From a virus, in IMG/VR virus record IMGVR_UViG_3300045125_000169, positions 24,840-88,839 of that record: a stretch of 64,000 bases of DNA; one strand, 5' to 3'. The position numbers and the translations under genes were made by a program. Position 1 is the stretch's first letter. Every line of letters begins with the position of its first letter. The notes beneath the pieces were generated by a model. The model made no database searches, was not told where the DNA came from, and saw nothing but the letters and a program-made list of their open reading frames with translations. Below are positions 40,179 through 52,885 of the stretch, piece after piece.

Positions 40179-40694
40179 TCAGAGGAGAACACATCGGTCG
40201 ATGTCGTACACCAAGTCTGCTTCAGGTTTTTTATCAAAACGACCGAGAATAAAGTAGGTTTTCTCTTTGTAGACGAGGATTTCAGAGGTCGAATCTGTGC
40301 GAGAAAGGATATAATATCGCGGTCTTTTGACACCAGTAATTGCAGAAACAGCATCGTACCAGCCGCGCTCAAAACTCGAAATCGGACTACACGTCACCTC
40401 TCGGACTTCTGCCGATGCTGTATTTTCGAGCGGTGTAGTTGCAAGCCCGATGATGAAAGCAGGCATCGTCAGACACATGCGGAAAAGTTTGCCTCGGTCT
40501 TCTTCAGACTTTTCAACCAACGTCGCATAAATACCGATCAGAAGTCCGATGAACATCGACGGGAGCATCGCACCAAAAAACGCTTCGATGTTATCAACCC
40601 TAACTTCATTTTGCGTGATTTTGATGGTCGGATAAAGAATCGAAGAAACAAAACCAATACCAAAGCGTTCATACCAGTTCATAACATACCTCAC
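40179..40694 (-). CDS. membrane protein (about three TM segments) with C-terminal soluble domain
   Basis: Hydrophobic segments in the first 90 aa. Confidence 0.7.
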   Translation of the reverse strand: MRYVMNWYERFGIGFVSSILYPTIKITQNEVRVDNIEAFFGAMLPSMFIGLLIGIYATLVEKSEEDRGKLFRMCLTMPAFIIGLATTPLENTASAEVREVTCSPISSFERGWYDAVSAITGVKRPRYYILSRTDSTSEILVYKEKTYFILGRFDKKPEADLVYDIDRCVLL

Positions 40695-41152
40695 TCGCGT
40701 AATTTAAAAATATTGCCATCTTCAGGTGTTTCGGCGAGCATCGTGAACCATAGATCATTTTTATCGCCCGCCACTCCGATTCCGATCGTTTTCAAATTCG
40801 GGTACGTTATAACTTTGTAGTTGTATTCATCCAAAAACCATTGCCCTAGTGCGTGGCCGAAGTCGGGAACTTTGCAGGCTATGATCTCAGTACCACCGCG
40901 AATTTCGCCTTCGCAAAGTCGCACACGATCCCAAAACTGGGTACCATCTACAGGGTTTTCGTGCCCACAAAACTGAAGCCGCCACATTTGTTTCGACCAA
41001 ACTCTAGCTCCACACTCCAAGTCCTTCCGCAGGACCACCTCAGAAAGACCTATGCGAGTTCTTTCCTCATTAATAGCAATAAGCATCTCTTCTGGTGTTT
41101 CCAACGCCCAGCTATCGGAGGAAGCTATCAATAAGAGGAAGAAAATTAGCAT
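40691..41152 (-). CDS. secreted CAP/SCP-domain protein
   Basis: Signal peptide; INEER...L...A..WS..M....H, EIIA, QW, IGIG. Confidence 0.8.
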   Translation of the reverse strand: MLIFFLLLIASSDSWALETPEEMLIAINEERTRIGLSEVVLRKDLECGARVWSKQMWRLQFCGHENPVDGTQFWDRVRLCEGEIRGGTEIIACKVPDFGHALGQWFLDEYNYKVITYPNLKTIGIGVAGDKNDLWFTMLAETPEDGNIFKLRE

Positions 41153-42177
41153 TATCTTAGCTTCCTTCTTAATTCATCGGAGCACTTAATTTTTGCAGGG
41201 TCATCAACAAAGATACAATTTCGCACTTTTAGCCCTACGGGCAGCGAGGTGATATTAGTCCCCTGGAGATAAAGACTACCGACGTCAAGATCCTTAGGCA
41301 AAGAGGTGATTTCGCTACCACTAAGATCGAGAAGACGCCCGACTTTTAGGCCCTCAGGCAAAGAAGTGATCTTGGTGTCCCTGAGTTCGAGAACACGCCC
41401 GACTTCAAGACCTTCGGGCAAAGATGTGATATCGGTGCCTCTAATGTTGAGGTCCCATTCGACCTTGAGTCCTTCGGGCAAAGAGGCGATCTTGGTGTGT
41501 TGCAGGTAAAGGTCTTCAGCGACTTTAAGATTTTTTGGTAAATTATTTATGTTCTCGTAGTGCTTACCATTGATCGTGATATGAGTAGGCGCTACTGTTT
41601 TAAATTTGGGAATTTGGAGATTTTGAGGCACTTCATCATGCGCAAAATCAAGAGCGTCCCAATAGGTTTTATCGCCAAAACGGTCCACCAAAACAGCGAT
41701 TTTTGCCCAACAAAATTTTTTCGGATCTAGCTTCTTTGATATGATGTAGTAAATATTATTATGAGCAACTTCCTCTTCATAATGCTCTCCATCTTCCTCA
41801 GTCAAACACCATTTCGTATCAGATCCATAAAGCATCGCAGCCTTGTGAGATGTGATCTCGTAAACTCTCCAGTCTTCGTTTTCCGCGATAAGTTTCGCAC
41901 CCTTAACCCTTGCTTGTTTTTTTCTCTTCGGTCTTAGTTTTTACTTTACTCTGTTTATCAACGAAGGACTTAAAGTCTTTGAAAGACTTTTTGCCCCAAA
42001 GGTCGATATTTTTATCATCGCCTGAGAGCTTATTTTTATCCCTCAATTCCTTGAACTTGGCGAGGTAGTCTTTCACCAAAGGCTTTTGAATCCCTTGTTC
42101 AAGGAACTTTTCTCAACCGTTTTAAAGTCAGAGACGACGAGATATTTTGATTTTACTTTGAAGAAAAAGTTCAACAT
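41152..42177 (-). CDS. GTxWC-family protein, paralogue 3, with ITSLPEGLKVG-type LRRs
   Basis: MLNFFFKVKSKYLVVSDFKTVEK...WRVYEITSHKAAMLYGSDTKWCL...YYIISK, then 5-6 repeats of about 20-21 aa; indels in the 5' part. Confidence 0.8.
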
Positions 42178-42193
42178 TTACGGCTCCAAAATA

Positions 42194-42223
42194 AAAGACC
42201 AAAGAGGTTAATCTTTGGTCTTT
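42194..42223 (-). terminator. intrinsic terminator
   Basis: Perfect 12-bp stem aaagaccaaaga/tctttggtcttt followed by a U-tract on the minus strand. Confidence 0.8.
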
Positions 42224-42428
42224 ATCCTAGCGAATCTCATCAAGCATCGTGGGCTATATCTAACTCAAACACAAAGAGAGGCGTTCCATCGGGAGCTTTG
42301 GTCACAAAAGCTCACTGAACTCATAAAAATTATTAAAGACAAGACCACCTACTTCATGATCTGCATAACCTTCCTTAGCTGCCTTTTTCAAGATGTCCGC
42401 CAACTCTTGAACAGTCACGGGAAATCTC

Positions 42429-42752
42429 CTACATAAATGACAGGTTTAGTATCTGAAATAGGTTCCCTATTTGTTGATACCAAAACGGAGCAAGAGTAGG
42501 CGGATTGAATGTGTCACCGTACCGCAGGACAACTTCAGTTCTAATTCTGTCTAAATCTTTAAAGGCCGCTCGGTCCCAAGGAACGATCTGGATATCCCCT
42601 AGCTGCCTTTTGATCTCCAAATTGAGACTAAGGATATCGTGGGCATTCACGAGGATCTTGATCGCTGGGACTGTAAAGGTCGCGTGAATCAGAGTAACCG
42701 TATCCTTAGCCGCTTTCTCAAGATATTGATCTTCAAAAAGGCGTCCCTTCAA
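42429..42752 (-). CDS. hypothetical protein
   Basis: 107-aa ORF with an AGGAGG RBS. Confidence 0.65.
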   Translation of the reverse strand: MKGRLFEDQYLEKAAKDTVTLIHATFTVPAIKILVNAHDILSLNLEIKRQLGDIQIVPWDRAAFKDLDRIRTEVVLRYGDTFNPPTLAPFWYQQIGNLFQILNLSFM

Positions 42753-42785
42753 CGGCTTCCTCCTTTTTGCTAGACACCTAAAGAC

Positions 42786-43010
42786 TCACTCTCCACTAGG
42801 CGGTGGTGTGACTTCCGTCACAAGTTTCACTAAATCTTCACGAGACACACCTTCAATCGCCTTTAGGCCGGAAATCAGTTGGTCGATCATGATTTCCAGG
42901 TTCAAAAGCCTGCGCATCTGCTCTCGGGTGACTGCGACTTTATTGGTGTCGAACACTTCCCGAAACGCGGCCAAGCCTTCCTCTAAAACTTCGCGTTGCT
43001 GCACCGACAT
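42786..43010 (-). CDS. hypothetical protein
   Basis: 74-aa ORF with an AGGAG RBS. Confidence 0.65.
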   Translation of the reverse strand: MSVQQREVLEEGLAAFREVFDTNKVAVTREQMRRLLNLEIMIDQLISGLKAIEGVSREDLVKLVTEVTPPPSGE

Positions 43011-43018
43011 AAAATCTC

Positions 43019-43621
43019 CTATAGTACGTCGTCAAGATCGTCTGTGTCAGGGTTCATCAGCATGTAGCTCGGAAGACCCTCGTTGAATATGGTCGTGCCC
43101 TCGGGTTGACCTTCGGGAGGATAGGACAAAGGTATAATCAGCGAAGCTCCACCCGTTTTCGACATGATCGCCCGACGCAAGCCTTTAGGTGTCACCCAAG
43201 GAAGCCAGGGCTTCATTTTGGGATACATCAATACCGTTAGACCTTTTTGGACAAGCTCGAAGGTCGAGGGTGCAAAGATCGCAAGCTCTTCCCTCTCGAT
43301 TTTCCAAAGAGGCCGCACCACAAAACAGCCGAGGGCCTGCCCCGACGACGTTTCGTTTTCGATTTTGACGCGCCACCAGTCGCGGTCTTTTATAGGATTG
43401 TTCTGGGCGTTGGCTTTAAGCCAAGCCTTGTCAATCACCGCCACCTTGTTGAGAGTCCAAGAGACAAAGGGATTCCGCCCTCTCTGGTTCTCAATTTGGT
43501 TCTTGTGAAATTTGATGACGACCTCCATCCCCAAGACAGATGAGGGTTGAGGACGTAATAACTCTTGCTCTTCAGGGGTGAACTGCTGAAGGACACGTTC
43601 CTGTATGCGAAGCCCGTTCAT
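43019..43621 (-). CDS. hypothetical protein
   Basis: 200-aa ORF. Confidence 0.7.
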   Translation of the reverse strand: MNGLRIQERVLQQFTPEEQELLRPQPSSVLGMEVVIKFHKNQIENQRGRNPFVSWTLNKVAVIDKAWLKANAQNNPIKDRDWWRVKIENETSSGQALGCFVVRPLWKIEREELAIFAPSTFELVQKGLTVLMYPKMKPWLPWVTPKGLRRAIMSKTGGASLIIPLSYPPEGQPEGTTIFNEGLPSYMLMNPDTDDLDDVL

Positions 43622-43638
43622 AGAAAAGTACCCCTGAT

Positions 43639-44972
43639 CTAGGATTGAATTGTGGTGAATAGAGGATAAGGCGATGGCTCTAAGGCCAACGATAACTGCC
43701 CCAAAGCCGCACTACGGCCCGGTTGCGCGTTGATCTCAATGTCAATCGTGGCAACCGAAGCGGGTATCCACTCCAACTCGGTATCGACCGGAATATCAAA
43801 CTCTCGCGTAATCAATCCACCCGTGTTGGAGACAATACCGTTGCTGGGGCTGAGGTTTAAAGTTCTGCCTTGAGCCGCAATCGACAAGGTAAAAATGCAG
43901 TTGAAGTCTACCTGTAAGCGAGCGATGAGTTTTCGTGGTTGACCTTCGCGAGCAACCACAAAAGGAAACCGTATTTTATAAATTTCTGGGATGATCGAGA
44001 TGTTCTGCCAACGCACCACTTGCTCGTTGTTCAATAGCTCGTTCTTTTCCAGCCACCGACCACTCGTGGCAGGAGACTCATAAGAAAGAGTGATCGATCC
44101 AGGGTAGGTGGTGTCAAAAATACCGACCCTTGTGATCGAGAGAGTCAGAGTCTCGTTGGGCTCAATAATAAAAGAGTCAGGGTTGAGGCTTGGTTTTTTC
44201 ACCACAAACCCTGGAACCCCAGCTTTAAGATAGCCTTGATTGGGTGTGCCACGAGTATCATAGGAGTAAATGACTACCGAGCCTTTTTAAGTTCAAAGGT
44301 CAGATAATTCGCAGGGTCTGAAATCGTTGTGCCCGACTCAACACGAGTTTTTAAATCCAAGGCGCTTAAAATAGAAGCTCCTAAAATGCGCACCCTCTGC
44401 CCACCAAAAGAAAAGTTTTTCGTTTGTGTTAGGCCGAGATTGGCAAACTCCATGACCTGCGTGGACTTAGCGCCTGGGTCTTCCGTCGAGGGACGAATCG
44501 CGTCCAAAAACTTCGGCATAAAAGACCTGTAATAAGTCCCCGTCTTCGGGCTCACACGCAAATGGAAGGGCTGGGTGAAGTGCGCCTCCGAAAGCGGGAT
44601 CGCTCCCCCAGGGTATCGCACCCAGCCAAGCACCACGGCATCTGTAAATGCCGATTGACGGGTAATCCCTGCGGTTGCCCGAAGGGTTGCTGGAGACCCA
44701 CCAAGAATCCTGGAATCGTCAAGCTGGTAAATAATCGTATAGTCTGCCGCGAAGGAACTATTGCCGATTAAAAGCTCTTTGGACTCATCCTCGATAATCA
44801 ATACACCGTCAGGCAAAAGAGCCGACCCTGGGCTGACACGTAGCCTGTTCACACCCCCAACCTCGAAGTTACAGCCGAGATATCTCCCAGGCTGAAAGAG
44901 AGACGACACCATGGTTGGGAGGTCGGCGGTGTCGATCAAGCTGCCATAGATGTTGATGCGTTGTTGTGCCAC
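43639..44972 (-). CDS. putative virion structural protein(s) (44274..44972 and 43639..44205)
   Basis: Beta-rich ORFs within the tail/baseplate block; may be a single gene. Confidence 0.55.
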
Positions 44973-44988
44973 GGGAATAACCTACATG

Positions 44989-47900
44989 TTAATTGATGAC
45001 GAGTTGGAAATAGCCTTGGGTAAGCGCATTACCGTCGTAATCCTTCCCAACCTGATTTTGATAGCGGTTCCTGATGGTCATTTTAGACGTTGTAGTCTTA
45101 ATGACAAGATCCTCATGGCTTACCACTTTGGGTTCACTGTCTCCCGTTGCAGACTGATGCAAGTAGAGGGTGAAGTGCCCTGGGAGGAAACCCAAGTTGT
45201 GGAAAAACGTGTACGAGAAGGGACGGGCTCGCAGTCATTTTGGCACTGATCGGGCTCACATATTTATTTAGGTATCGATAGCCGCGCACGGCCTCGACCG
45301 CATAAATCGTGCTATTGCCAAAAGTCGTTTGACTCCAATCCACTTCCCCAGGTAAATCGTGTCACTGGCCTTCTAGGCGCGTCAGCGTGAGGCTGAGGGC
45401 CAACTCCCTTGGCGACCATACTCTATAGGGCTCGCCCACGAGCAAGGCCCGTGGCAAAGCACCAGACAAGGTTAGGGTCGTGGCTGTAACAGCGGTGACG
45501 ACGGTGCAATAGTTTTGGCCTTGCCTTTGGATATTGGGAAACTCGACCACATGCCCTGGCAGCACCTGCGCGTTGGACCCAAGGTTCGCAAAGTTTTTGG
45601 TGGTGTCAGTCAAGACGTTTGAGCCTACCGTCGCAGCACTGGTCGCCGTGCTTTCCACCATCTTTAGACCTAGCTCATCACCCGAGGCCCTTTGCGCTTT
45701 GATGTAATAAGTGCCTGTCTGGGTGATACCTGCAAAGCTCAGTTCCATTTGTCTGGAATAAACATACTGATAGCCTTTGATAGTAAAGATCAGCGGTTCA
45801 TCGGTGGTGCCACCCACGGCCACCTTGTTGGTCGCAGACTGGATTACATGCGACGAAGGACCGGACCAAAGCTGATTCGGCATACCCGTAAACGGCGTGA
45901 TGAGTGCAGGTTTCGCGAGAGTGCTGAGTCCCCTGCCAACCACTGCGAAAAGGTGTCGGAGATGTCGAGACGTTCCCGCAAAGTGCTGGTTGAAGCATAG
46001 GTGAACTGAGAGCTTTTGTGGGCATCAACAAGCTCCGGGTCTTGAATCCTCTCGCCCGCAGCGGTAACCACGGAAGCGATGCGACTTCCCAAAGAGGGGG
46101 ATGTGCCTCTGGCGGCTTCGACTTCCGTTTTGACGGGCATGACAAGGTTCGTCAGCGACTCAATGGTTGCTCCGTTTTCATGAGGCACGGTCTGATACAT
46201 GCTAAAGCTGTTAGGCTCGTGGGTTCGACCTCTCATGCGGAACTGAATACAATAGAACGACTCCCCTGGGGGGACGTGGAACGAAAAGGCCGTTTCCGAG
46301 TGAGCTTCCATCGGGAGCCAATCCGACCATTCTAAAATTCCATCCTCGACGATTTTGTAACGCCATTCGGCAAGTTCTAGGGCGCGTAGGGTCTTGATAA
46401 ACCCGTGCCCTGCTGCGGGAGCCTGGGCCTACGGCTTGATACTGATTCAAAATCCAAAGGTTCGAGGCCGCTTGCTCGATCTGTTGCAGCTTGGCCGAGG
46501 AATAGCCTGCGACTCGTAAAATAATCGAGTTCGTCGAGACGGATGCCTGAACTCCAGAGGCCCACGCCGGATTGTTGATAGTCGCGGCCATATTGCGCAG
46601 GGTTTTTCGAGGGCTTGGGCCGACGTGTCCACTAAGAAATCGCCCTTTGTGGGGTCCACGGTCGTCGAGCCATTTCTGGCCGTGAGAATTTTACCCGTCG
46701 AGATTTCTACCCTGTCACCGTCGCCAATCGCGGCCACGTTATTGTTGGTAAAGGAAATACTGGCTTCGAGAAGCGGTCCTTCCCAGAGGAACGGTCGCGA
46801 CAGATATTCCCACTTGACACCAGCACTTGGGTACCTCTCAGGCAGGTGCGGTGTAGGCAGCACACCGCCCGAAGGCTGGGTGATGGAAAGGGGAAGCCAA
46901 AGGCTCGGTGGGTTCCAGGGTTGGTGCGTTAGACTCAGACAAGATATCGGTGACCAGGATCTCCTCACCGTCAGGCCCACCGTTCAAGGCGATGATATTT
47001 TGGCCTGTTAAAATGACCGCGTTCACTTTGGTGGTCAGTGTGACGGCGTTGATCGCATCGCGGATCGCTTCCAGGGTCTTAGTGTTGCCTGAAATGTTAG
47101 GGTCCGTGGACGCGACATAAGAGATCGGACCAATCTGAGTGCCGTTAATTTTAAACCGCACCGCTTGGCCGTTGGTCGTAAAGCTCGTTGAGAAATTGAG
47201 GTTGATGCGCTTACTCAGCACAAAACCTTCAGGGTAAGCGAGGGGACGAGTGAGGTTGACCGCAGGGTTTGCACCCGTGCCAAGGGACGCAAACCAAGTG
47301 GAGTCAAACGACGGGTCATTGATGGTAGCGATGAGGTTGGATTTGAAAACCACATCGCTCGCACCGATGTTGACTTCGCCTTTGGTCGGATCAGCCGTTT
47401 CGTTCCATAGCTTGATATATTTTCCTGGTGCGATTCTGAGAGTTTGGCCTCTCACCAGGGATGAAAAGGTCGAAAGGATGAGAGACGCAGAAGCATCGAC
47501 TTCAGAAAACTTATTCCAGGTCTCGCTGAACACCCGGTCGTCGTTGCTTTCCAGGAGACGAAGCCGTGCGGTTTTCTCCGGCGGCGTCAAGGCAGGATTG
47601 AGGATCGCACCAAGAAATTCCTGCACCGAAGCAAGGTCGTGTTCGGGACGAGCCGTGGGGTAGCGCGTCAGTTTTTGATCGCTTCTTTGAAGCGTTGTCG
47701 AGATCTGCCGTTCGTCCCGCACTTGAATCGCGGTCACACCCGTCCAAAAGAAGCTCGCAACGCTGGCAAGCTCTTTGTTGACGGTTGCCTGAAGGGAGTC
47801 AGCCCAAATAGACAGAACGGCATCAGGCCCCGCGTTAGGCGGTTCCGCCGAAGTGTTGAGCAAGCGGATACTGTTCACCACCATGAACTTATTTTTGGTG

Positions 47901-49486
47901 GTGCGGGTTTGCAGCGGCTCTTCGACGTTGAGATTTGCGTCTTGGTCCTTCCACTGCGCGGCTTTAAACGTGATCGTCTCGGTGAGAGCCGTGTTGTTTT
48001 CGGAGAGACCTGCGACCTCAAGCCGCACGTCCAAGTCATAAATGGTCGAGCCTACGGTGGTTCTCTCAATAGCGCGGGTAAGCCCGAGCATCAGCGGCAC
48101 ACCTTGACCACCGGAAGGTGTCTGGTTGATCTGATAGCGTCCGAGCCCCACAAGGTCTTGAACTTTAAGAAGAGCGACCAAGGGCTGAGGCGACAAAAGC
48201 AAAGCTCCTACTTTGTCGCAGACCAGCTTATATTTTCTTTTAATCGGACCTAAAAGCGCGGGCAGCGCCAGAGTTGTTTGTGCAAGGGAGCTTAGAGCTT
48301 GTCCACCCGAGACAATAAATTCTTGGTTCTCGATCGGGTTTTTAACCGTCAGTGTTTGCAGACCTTGAGAAAGACTCTCGGTGTTGACCTCAAGGGCGTC
48401 CACTGCGAAGTATTCAAAAATCAGATCATTGTCTTCATAAGTGAGGGGTTGCTCCATGGAACCGAAAACGATGATGTTGGTTCCTTCAACCCAACGGTAC
48501 GGCACAGGAATCCAGGGTCGCCCTGCGAAGTACAGAGAACCTGTCCTGACGGGTCTTTTGAGAAGCCGTACATAGTAGCATCCCCCAAGACGCGGGGCAC
48601 CTTCTGGTGTGGTGACCACGCCCGAGTAGTCGGCCTCGATGCGAGACAGGGTGATCGTCTCACTACAAAAAGTTCCAGGGTAGCCGTAATAGGTAAAGTC
48701 TTTGGAGACCACCCCACCTGCGGGCTCTAACTGTTGGTAGAGGGTGAGACCCGCCGAGCTTAAATCCTGCAACTCAGTTCCGTGCGGGTTATTGTCGCTC
48801 ACCACACCGGACCCGATGCGGCTTCTGTGCTCTACGTCCTGCATGGAAAACCACGGCCTGTTAAAGGCGTAGGTTTCACGGGACAAGTCTACACTGAGAG
48901 TCAGTGCTCCGGTTGTGGGGTCGGCACGAACGGTGATAACCGCGAGGACAACGATATTATCGAGACGCTCTTGGGGAAAGATGCTGAGGTTTTTGTAGTC
49001 GTTGATGTCGGCAACCGTGATGGCGCTCAACAGAGTTGAAGCTCCACCCCCAGGAGGATTGTTGCTCGGACGCTCCAGCCGCACTTCCGTGAGAGTTCCG
49101 AAACGGTTGATGCGCTGCTGGGCAGATTCGACAAGCGTGTACTCCGCACACACCACATATACTTTGTCAGCAGTCAACCCAGGTAAGGGGATCGAGGGGA
49201 CCGTCGAGTCGATGTTAATGAGAAGATGCGATGGGGTTACGGCAAACCCAGGGGCAATGTCAATCGTTTGCGGGTTCAGCGTTGAAATGCTGACAAGCAG
49301 CGGCCTACCTGCGGTAAAGGGTGAGGTTGCAGGATCACCACTGAAATCAACAATCCCGACCTGAACACCAGCGGATATCTGACTACGGAATCGGAACTCT
49401 TCCGAATAGGTCTGATGCAGATATTGAAATTCATCCAGTCCTGGGTTCGCATCAAAGTTTACTGTCGGAAGGACTTTATCTGCCAT
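44989..49486 (-). CDS. giant baseplate/tail-like protein (~1500 aa, split by indels)
   Basis: 882-aa ORF chained to 46447, 46211, 45844, 45362, 45134 and 44989 by frame overlaps; T/S/G/V-rich. Confidence 0.6.
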
Positions 49487-52111
49487 GAGAAATCCGCCAA
49501 AATGATGATAATCTGGTTAAACGTAAATATAGCCGGAGTTGTATTGGGCGATACCGTCAGAATACCTTGCTTGCAGAACTTTAAATTAAAAAAGAGCGGC
49601 TTGAGACAAATACCCCCAGCGGCCCATTTATTCGCACCAAAAACATCGCCCGTTCCTAACAGATAATAACTGAAAGAATCGACGGTTGGTCCATCATACT
49701 GCCAGTCGCGCATTTCGACGCGAGAGTTAGGTGAACCATCAAACGATAGCACAATTCGTTCAATCGGTGGATTTTTAGGTAGGATCGGCACGGCACTGAT
49801 GCGCAGACCTTCCTCTTCATCCGCATAACTGATGCTTAAATCTTCAAAAATAACGGGTGTCCCATCATGACTTCCCACCAAAAGGATACTGCGATTATCG
49901 ACTATTTCAGCGCGAGCGGGGCTGGTCACACCGATGAAATAAATGACTTCCGAGCCGTTGATGATGGCTCTCTCGGAATCAAGTGTGAGGTTGTCGCCAA
50001 TGTGTTCATAGATAAAACTTGTAGCCGTAGGGATGTCCCTAATCTTAAATGTGCCATTTAGCGATGGTTGAGAATGAATATTTATCAAAAATAGACTGAT
50101 TGTGCTGAAATCGATGGGTGTGGCGGTGGTCACCGTGACCATGTTTCCATACCGTGAAAGAGACAGGATATTGACTCTTTTTGTTTCACCACTTTGAATT
50201 GCGTCTACCAGTGCGGCAAGGCTCGTGGTGTTGATGGGTAAGGACGTGGCACCAATAGCCTGCCCGTTCAAACGGAATGAAATATACTTTTCATTGAAGG
50301 GCGTAAAACCTCAGTGACAGACATCGGGGGTCCACCGATCGACAACACCTCAGAGAGAGAAAATTCGACGAGGCTTGAAAGTAAAATGGTACTCTCATCG
50401 TCGAGTGAGGCTGAAACTCCCGTGACTGTCTTTTGATCTTCAAATGCTTGTATGATCGCAGCAACGGTTGCAGCATGAGAGCCTGCAAAGGCGATAGGAC
50501 CACATGGTGATGTCATTGACTTTGAACCGCACCTGCTCTTCGGAACTTAAAAACTCGCGTTCAAAATGAATCGTGCGGCTCATACTGAGCGTTAGCAGCG
50601 GAGCATTGAACTCCGAGATAAAATTGCTCACCGTGAAATTGGGATATTTTCCCTGTAGCATCACGGCAAGCGTATTCGACAAAGACGCTTGGACGTTAGT
50701 CTCACTTTCTTTGCGTTGATGGCGGAAACGATCTTGGCCATCGTGGTTCCGTGGTCGGTGTCGAACCGAATAGGGCCGATCAAGATGCCGTTGATCTTCA
50801 AAGAGATCTGCTCATTGACATCAGAAAACAACTTGGAAAAGTTCAGCGTCTTGGTCTCACCTGTGACGTACTCATCAGAAAAGTGCAGAAGCAGCTTGTA
50901 CGGTTCGGTAAAAATACGGGGTCTTAAAAGTAAAGACTGTTCGATGGAATATCAAAAATCTGCGGTGGCTGAGGCTCAAACTGAATCACGCAGCGAGCGG
51001 GGGACCGAGCCAACACAGGGATCACCCAACCGCGTTCTTTGTCGCGTAGGCCACGGTGGAACAAGCAGGTCGCTGGTCATGGAAAAGCGGCCTTCGTCAC
51101 TCAGTTCGGCTAAAAAAAGCCTTTCTTTTGAAACTGGAAGTTGCCCGTGACGCGCTGCCAGAAAAGAAAGGAGTCGGACGCTATGGGCCGTTCGAGAATC
51201 ATGTAGTTTGGGGGGACGACCTGCCACTGTTGACCATCCGGGGGGACGTTCAACTGCTGCGAAAAAGAGTCCCAGGTTCGCAGGCCAATCTTGGTCTCAG
51301 TCTTTCGAGGTATAAAGCAGACCACCAAAGAACGCATCTAAGAGACAAGGACCCATGCCTGCGGAATCTCGACATCCGAAACACCGGACGTGTCGCGAAT
51401 GAAAAGAGGTTGCGCCTTAAGGAAAAAACGCATTTCAAATTTTGGTTTGAACGGCAGAAGACCTGTCTTGGTTTTAAGCGCAATCCGGTAGCGATAGACC
51501 ACACTGGGCTCACCGAGGTTGGTGTCCCCATCTCTCTGACTGAGATAAAGAGCTTCCCTGACTTCATACGAGACGAGTGAGGGGAGGATTTCGGGAGTCG
51601 GAGACAGGAGCATGGCATCGCCAGGAACGACTTGATACCAACTCTCACAGAAAAAGTACGAGGATTCTTCTTGCTCTTCTCGGTAAATGATGCAGGGCGT
51701 TCCGACAAGCGAAACAACAGGCACCCGGTTTTGTGCAATATCGGCACTGTAGCTCAAGATCAGAGGATCGCGTGTCTCAAAAGCGGTAAGTCCGATCAAG
51801 TCACGCACAATATGCATCTCACCGATCTCAGAAGAGTCCCCGATGCGAATCAAGGTGTTGAGATTGAGTTCCCGAGGACGGGCCATGAGGGTCACGCGAT
51901 GACTATCTTTGAAAGCGTCTTCTGCGAGACCGACTTGATTGTTGGAAATCACTGCCGTGCAGTTAAAACCCCTTTTTGTGGCAAACCGCAAAAGTCCAGA
52001 GTCTAGCTGGGGGTCCACAAAGCGAGGGCGACCACGCACTAGCATCTTGAGGTTGCTGAAATAGGGAATTGTGCCCGCAGCAATTTCTTCGATTTCTGAA
52101 AGACGACCCAT
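49459..52111 (-). CDS. large virion-like protein with repeated F-x-ING-x-x-IG modules (split by indels)
   Basis: Chain from MGRLSEIEE (52111) to 49459; repeated K/R-I/V-NG..IGPI...T...I..AI units. Confidence 0.55.
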
Positions 52112-52159
52112 GGTATCCCTTTGTTCAGCGGGGAATGGGAATTGAATCTTGGTCGTCTT

Positions 52160-52885
52160 TTAGAGGCTCACATCCAGGGCAACGGTCCAAGACTCATCAC
52201 CAACCCAGTATTTTTCAAGACGCAAGCCGACTTTTCGACTGAGTTCTAATCCTATCCCCGCGTTGACGTATAGTTTTTCATCGCGCTCATATTCAAAGCC
52301 TGAACCGAGAACGGTGAAACGAGCTTGACCCTCATTTTCTTCAAAGATAACTCGCTCGACGCGACCATAGAAATTGATTTTAGGTATACGGTAGCGCACA
52401 CCCGCACCACCTGTCACCATTTTAGAGTCAAGCTCAACCGTTAAGGGTCTATCCATGATGAAGTCGGTATTGAACTTCCAGTTTTCCTGGTTGTAGCGCA
52501 CAAGACCCAGCACATAAAAATCACGCAGAACTTGCCCACCGACGTCCAGACCAACATGAACCTGATGGCCGTAAGTGCCTTCGAGGTCCATCGGACCATA
52601 AAATCGACTGTGAGCAAGATGTCCCATACCGACGTTCACAGAGACGTTGGATGTCACAGGGGCAGAAATTCCAAGATGGCCTCCGAGACCTTCCACTTGA
52701 AACTCAGTGTCACTGGGTCCTATATATGATCTATTGAGGTTTTGCAGGGCCGCAGTGACAGTCGTTTGCTCCGGCAGCAGTGGTGTAAAACCAAAAGCAC
52801 AGGAATTGTAAGACACAAGTCCTTGCATGGTAAACATCAAGATGACGCTGAGAATCAGCCGCATAGATTCCTCAATGTGTGGCAA
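52160..52885 (-). CDS. outer-membrane beta-barrel-like protein
   Basis: Signal peptide; alternating amphipathic strands (VNVGMGHL, GAGVRYRI, NAGIGLEL); C-terminal WTVALDVSL. Confidence 0.6.
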   Translation of the reverse strand: MPHIEESMRLILSVILMFTMQGLVSYNSCAFGFTPLLPEQTTVTAALQNLNRSYIGPSDTEFQVEGLGGHLGISAPVTSNVSVNVGMGHLAHSRFYGPMDLEGTYGHQVHVGLDVGGQVLRDFYVLGLVRYNQENWKFNTDFIMDRPLTVELDSKMVTGGAGVRYRIPKINFYGRVERVIFEENEGQARFTVLGSGFEYERDEKLYVNAGIGLELSRKVGLRLEKYWVGDESWTVALDVSL

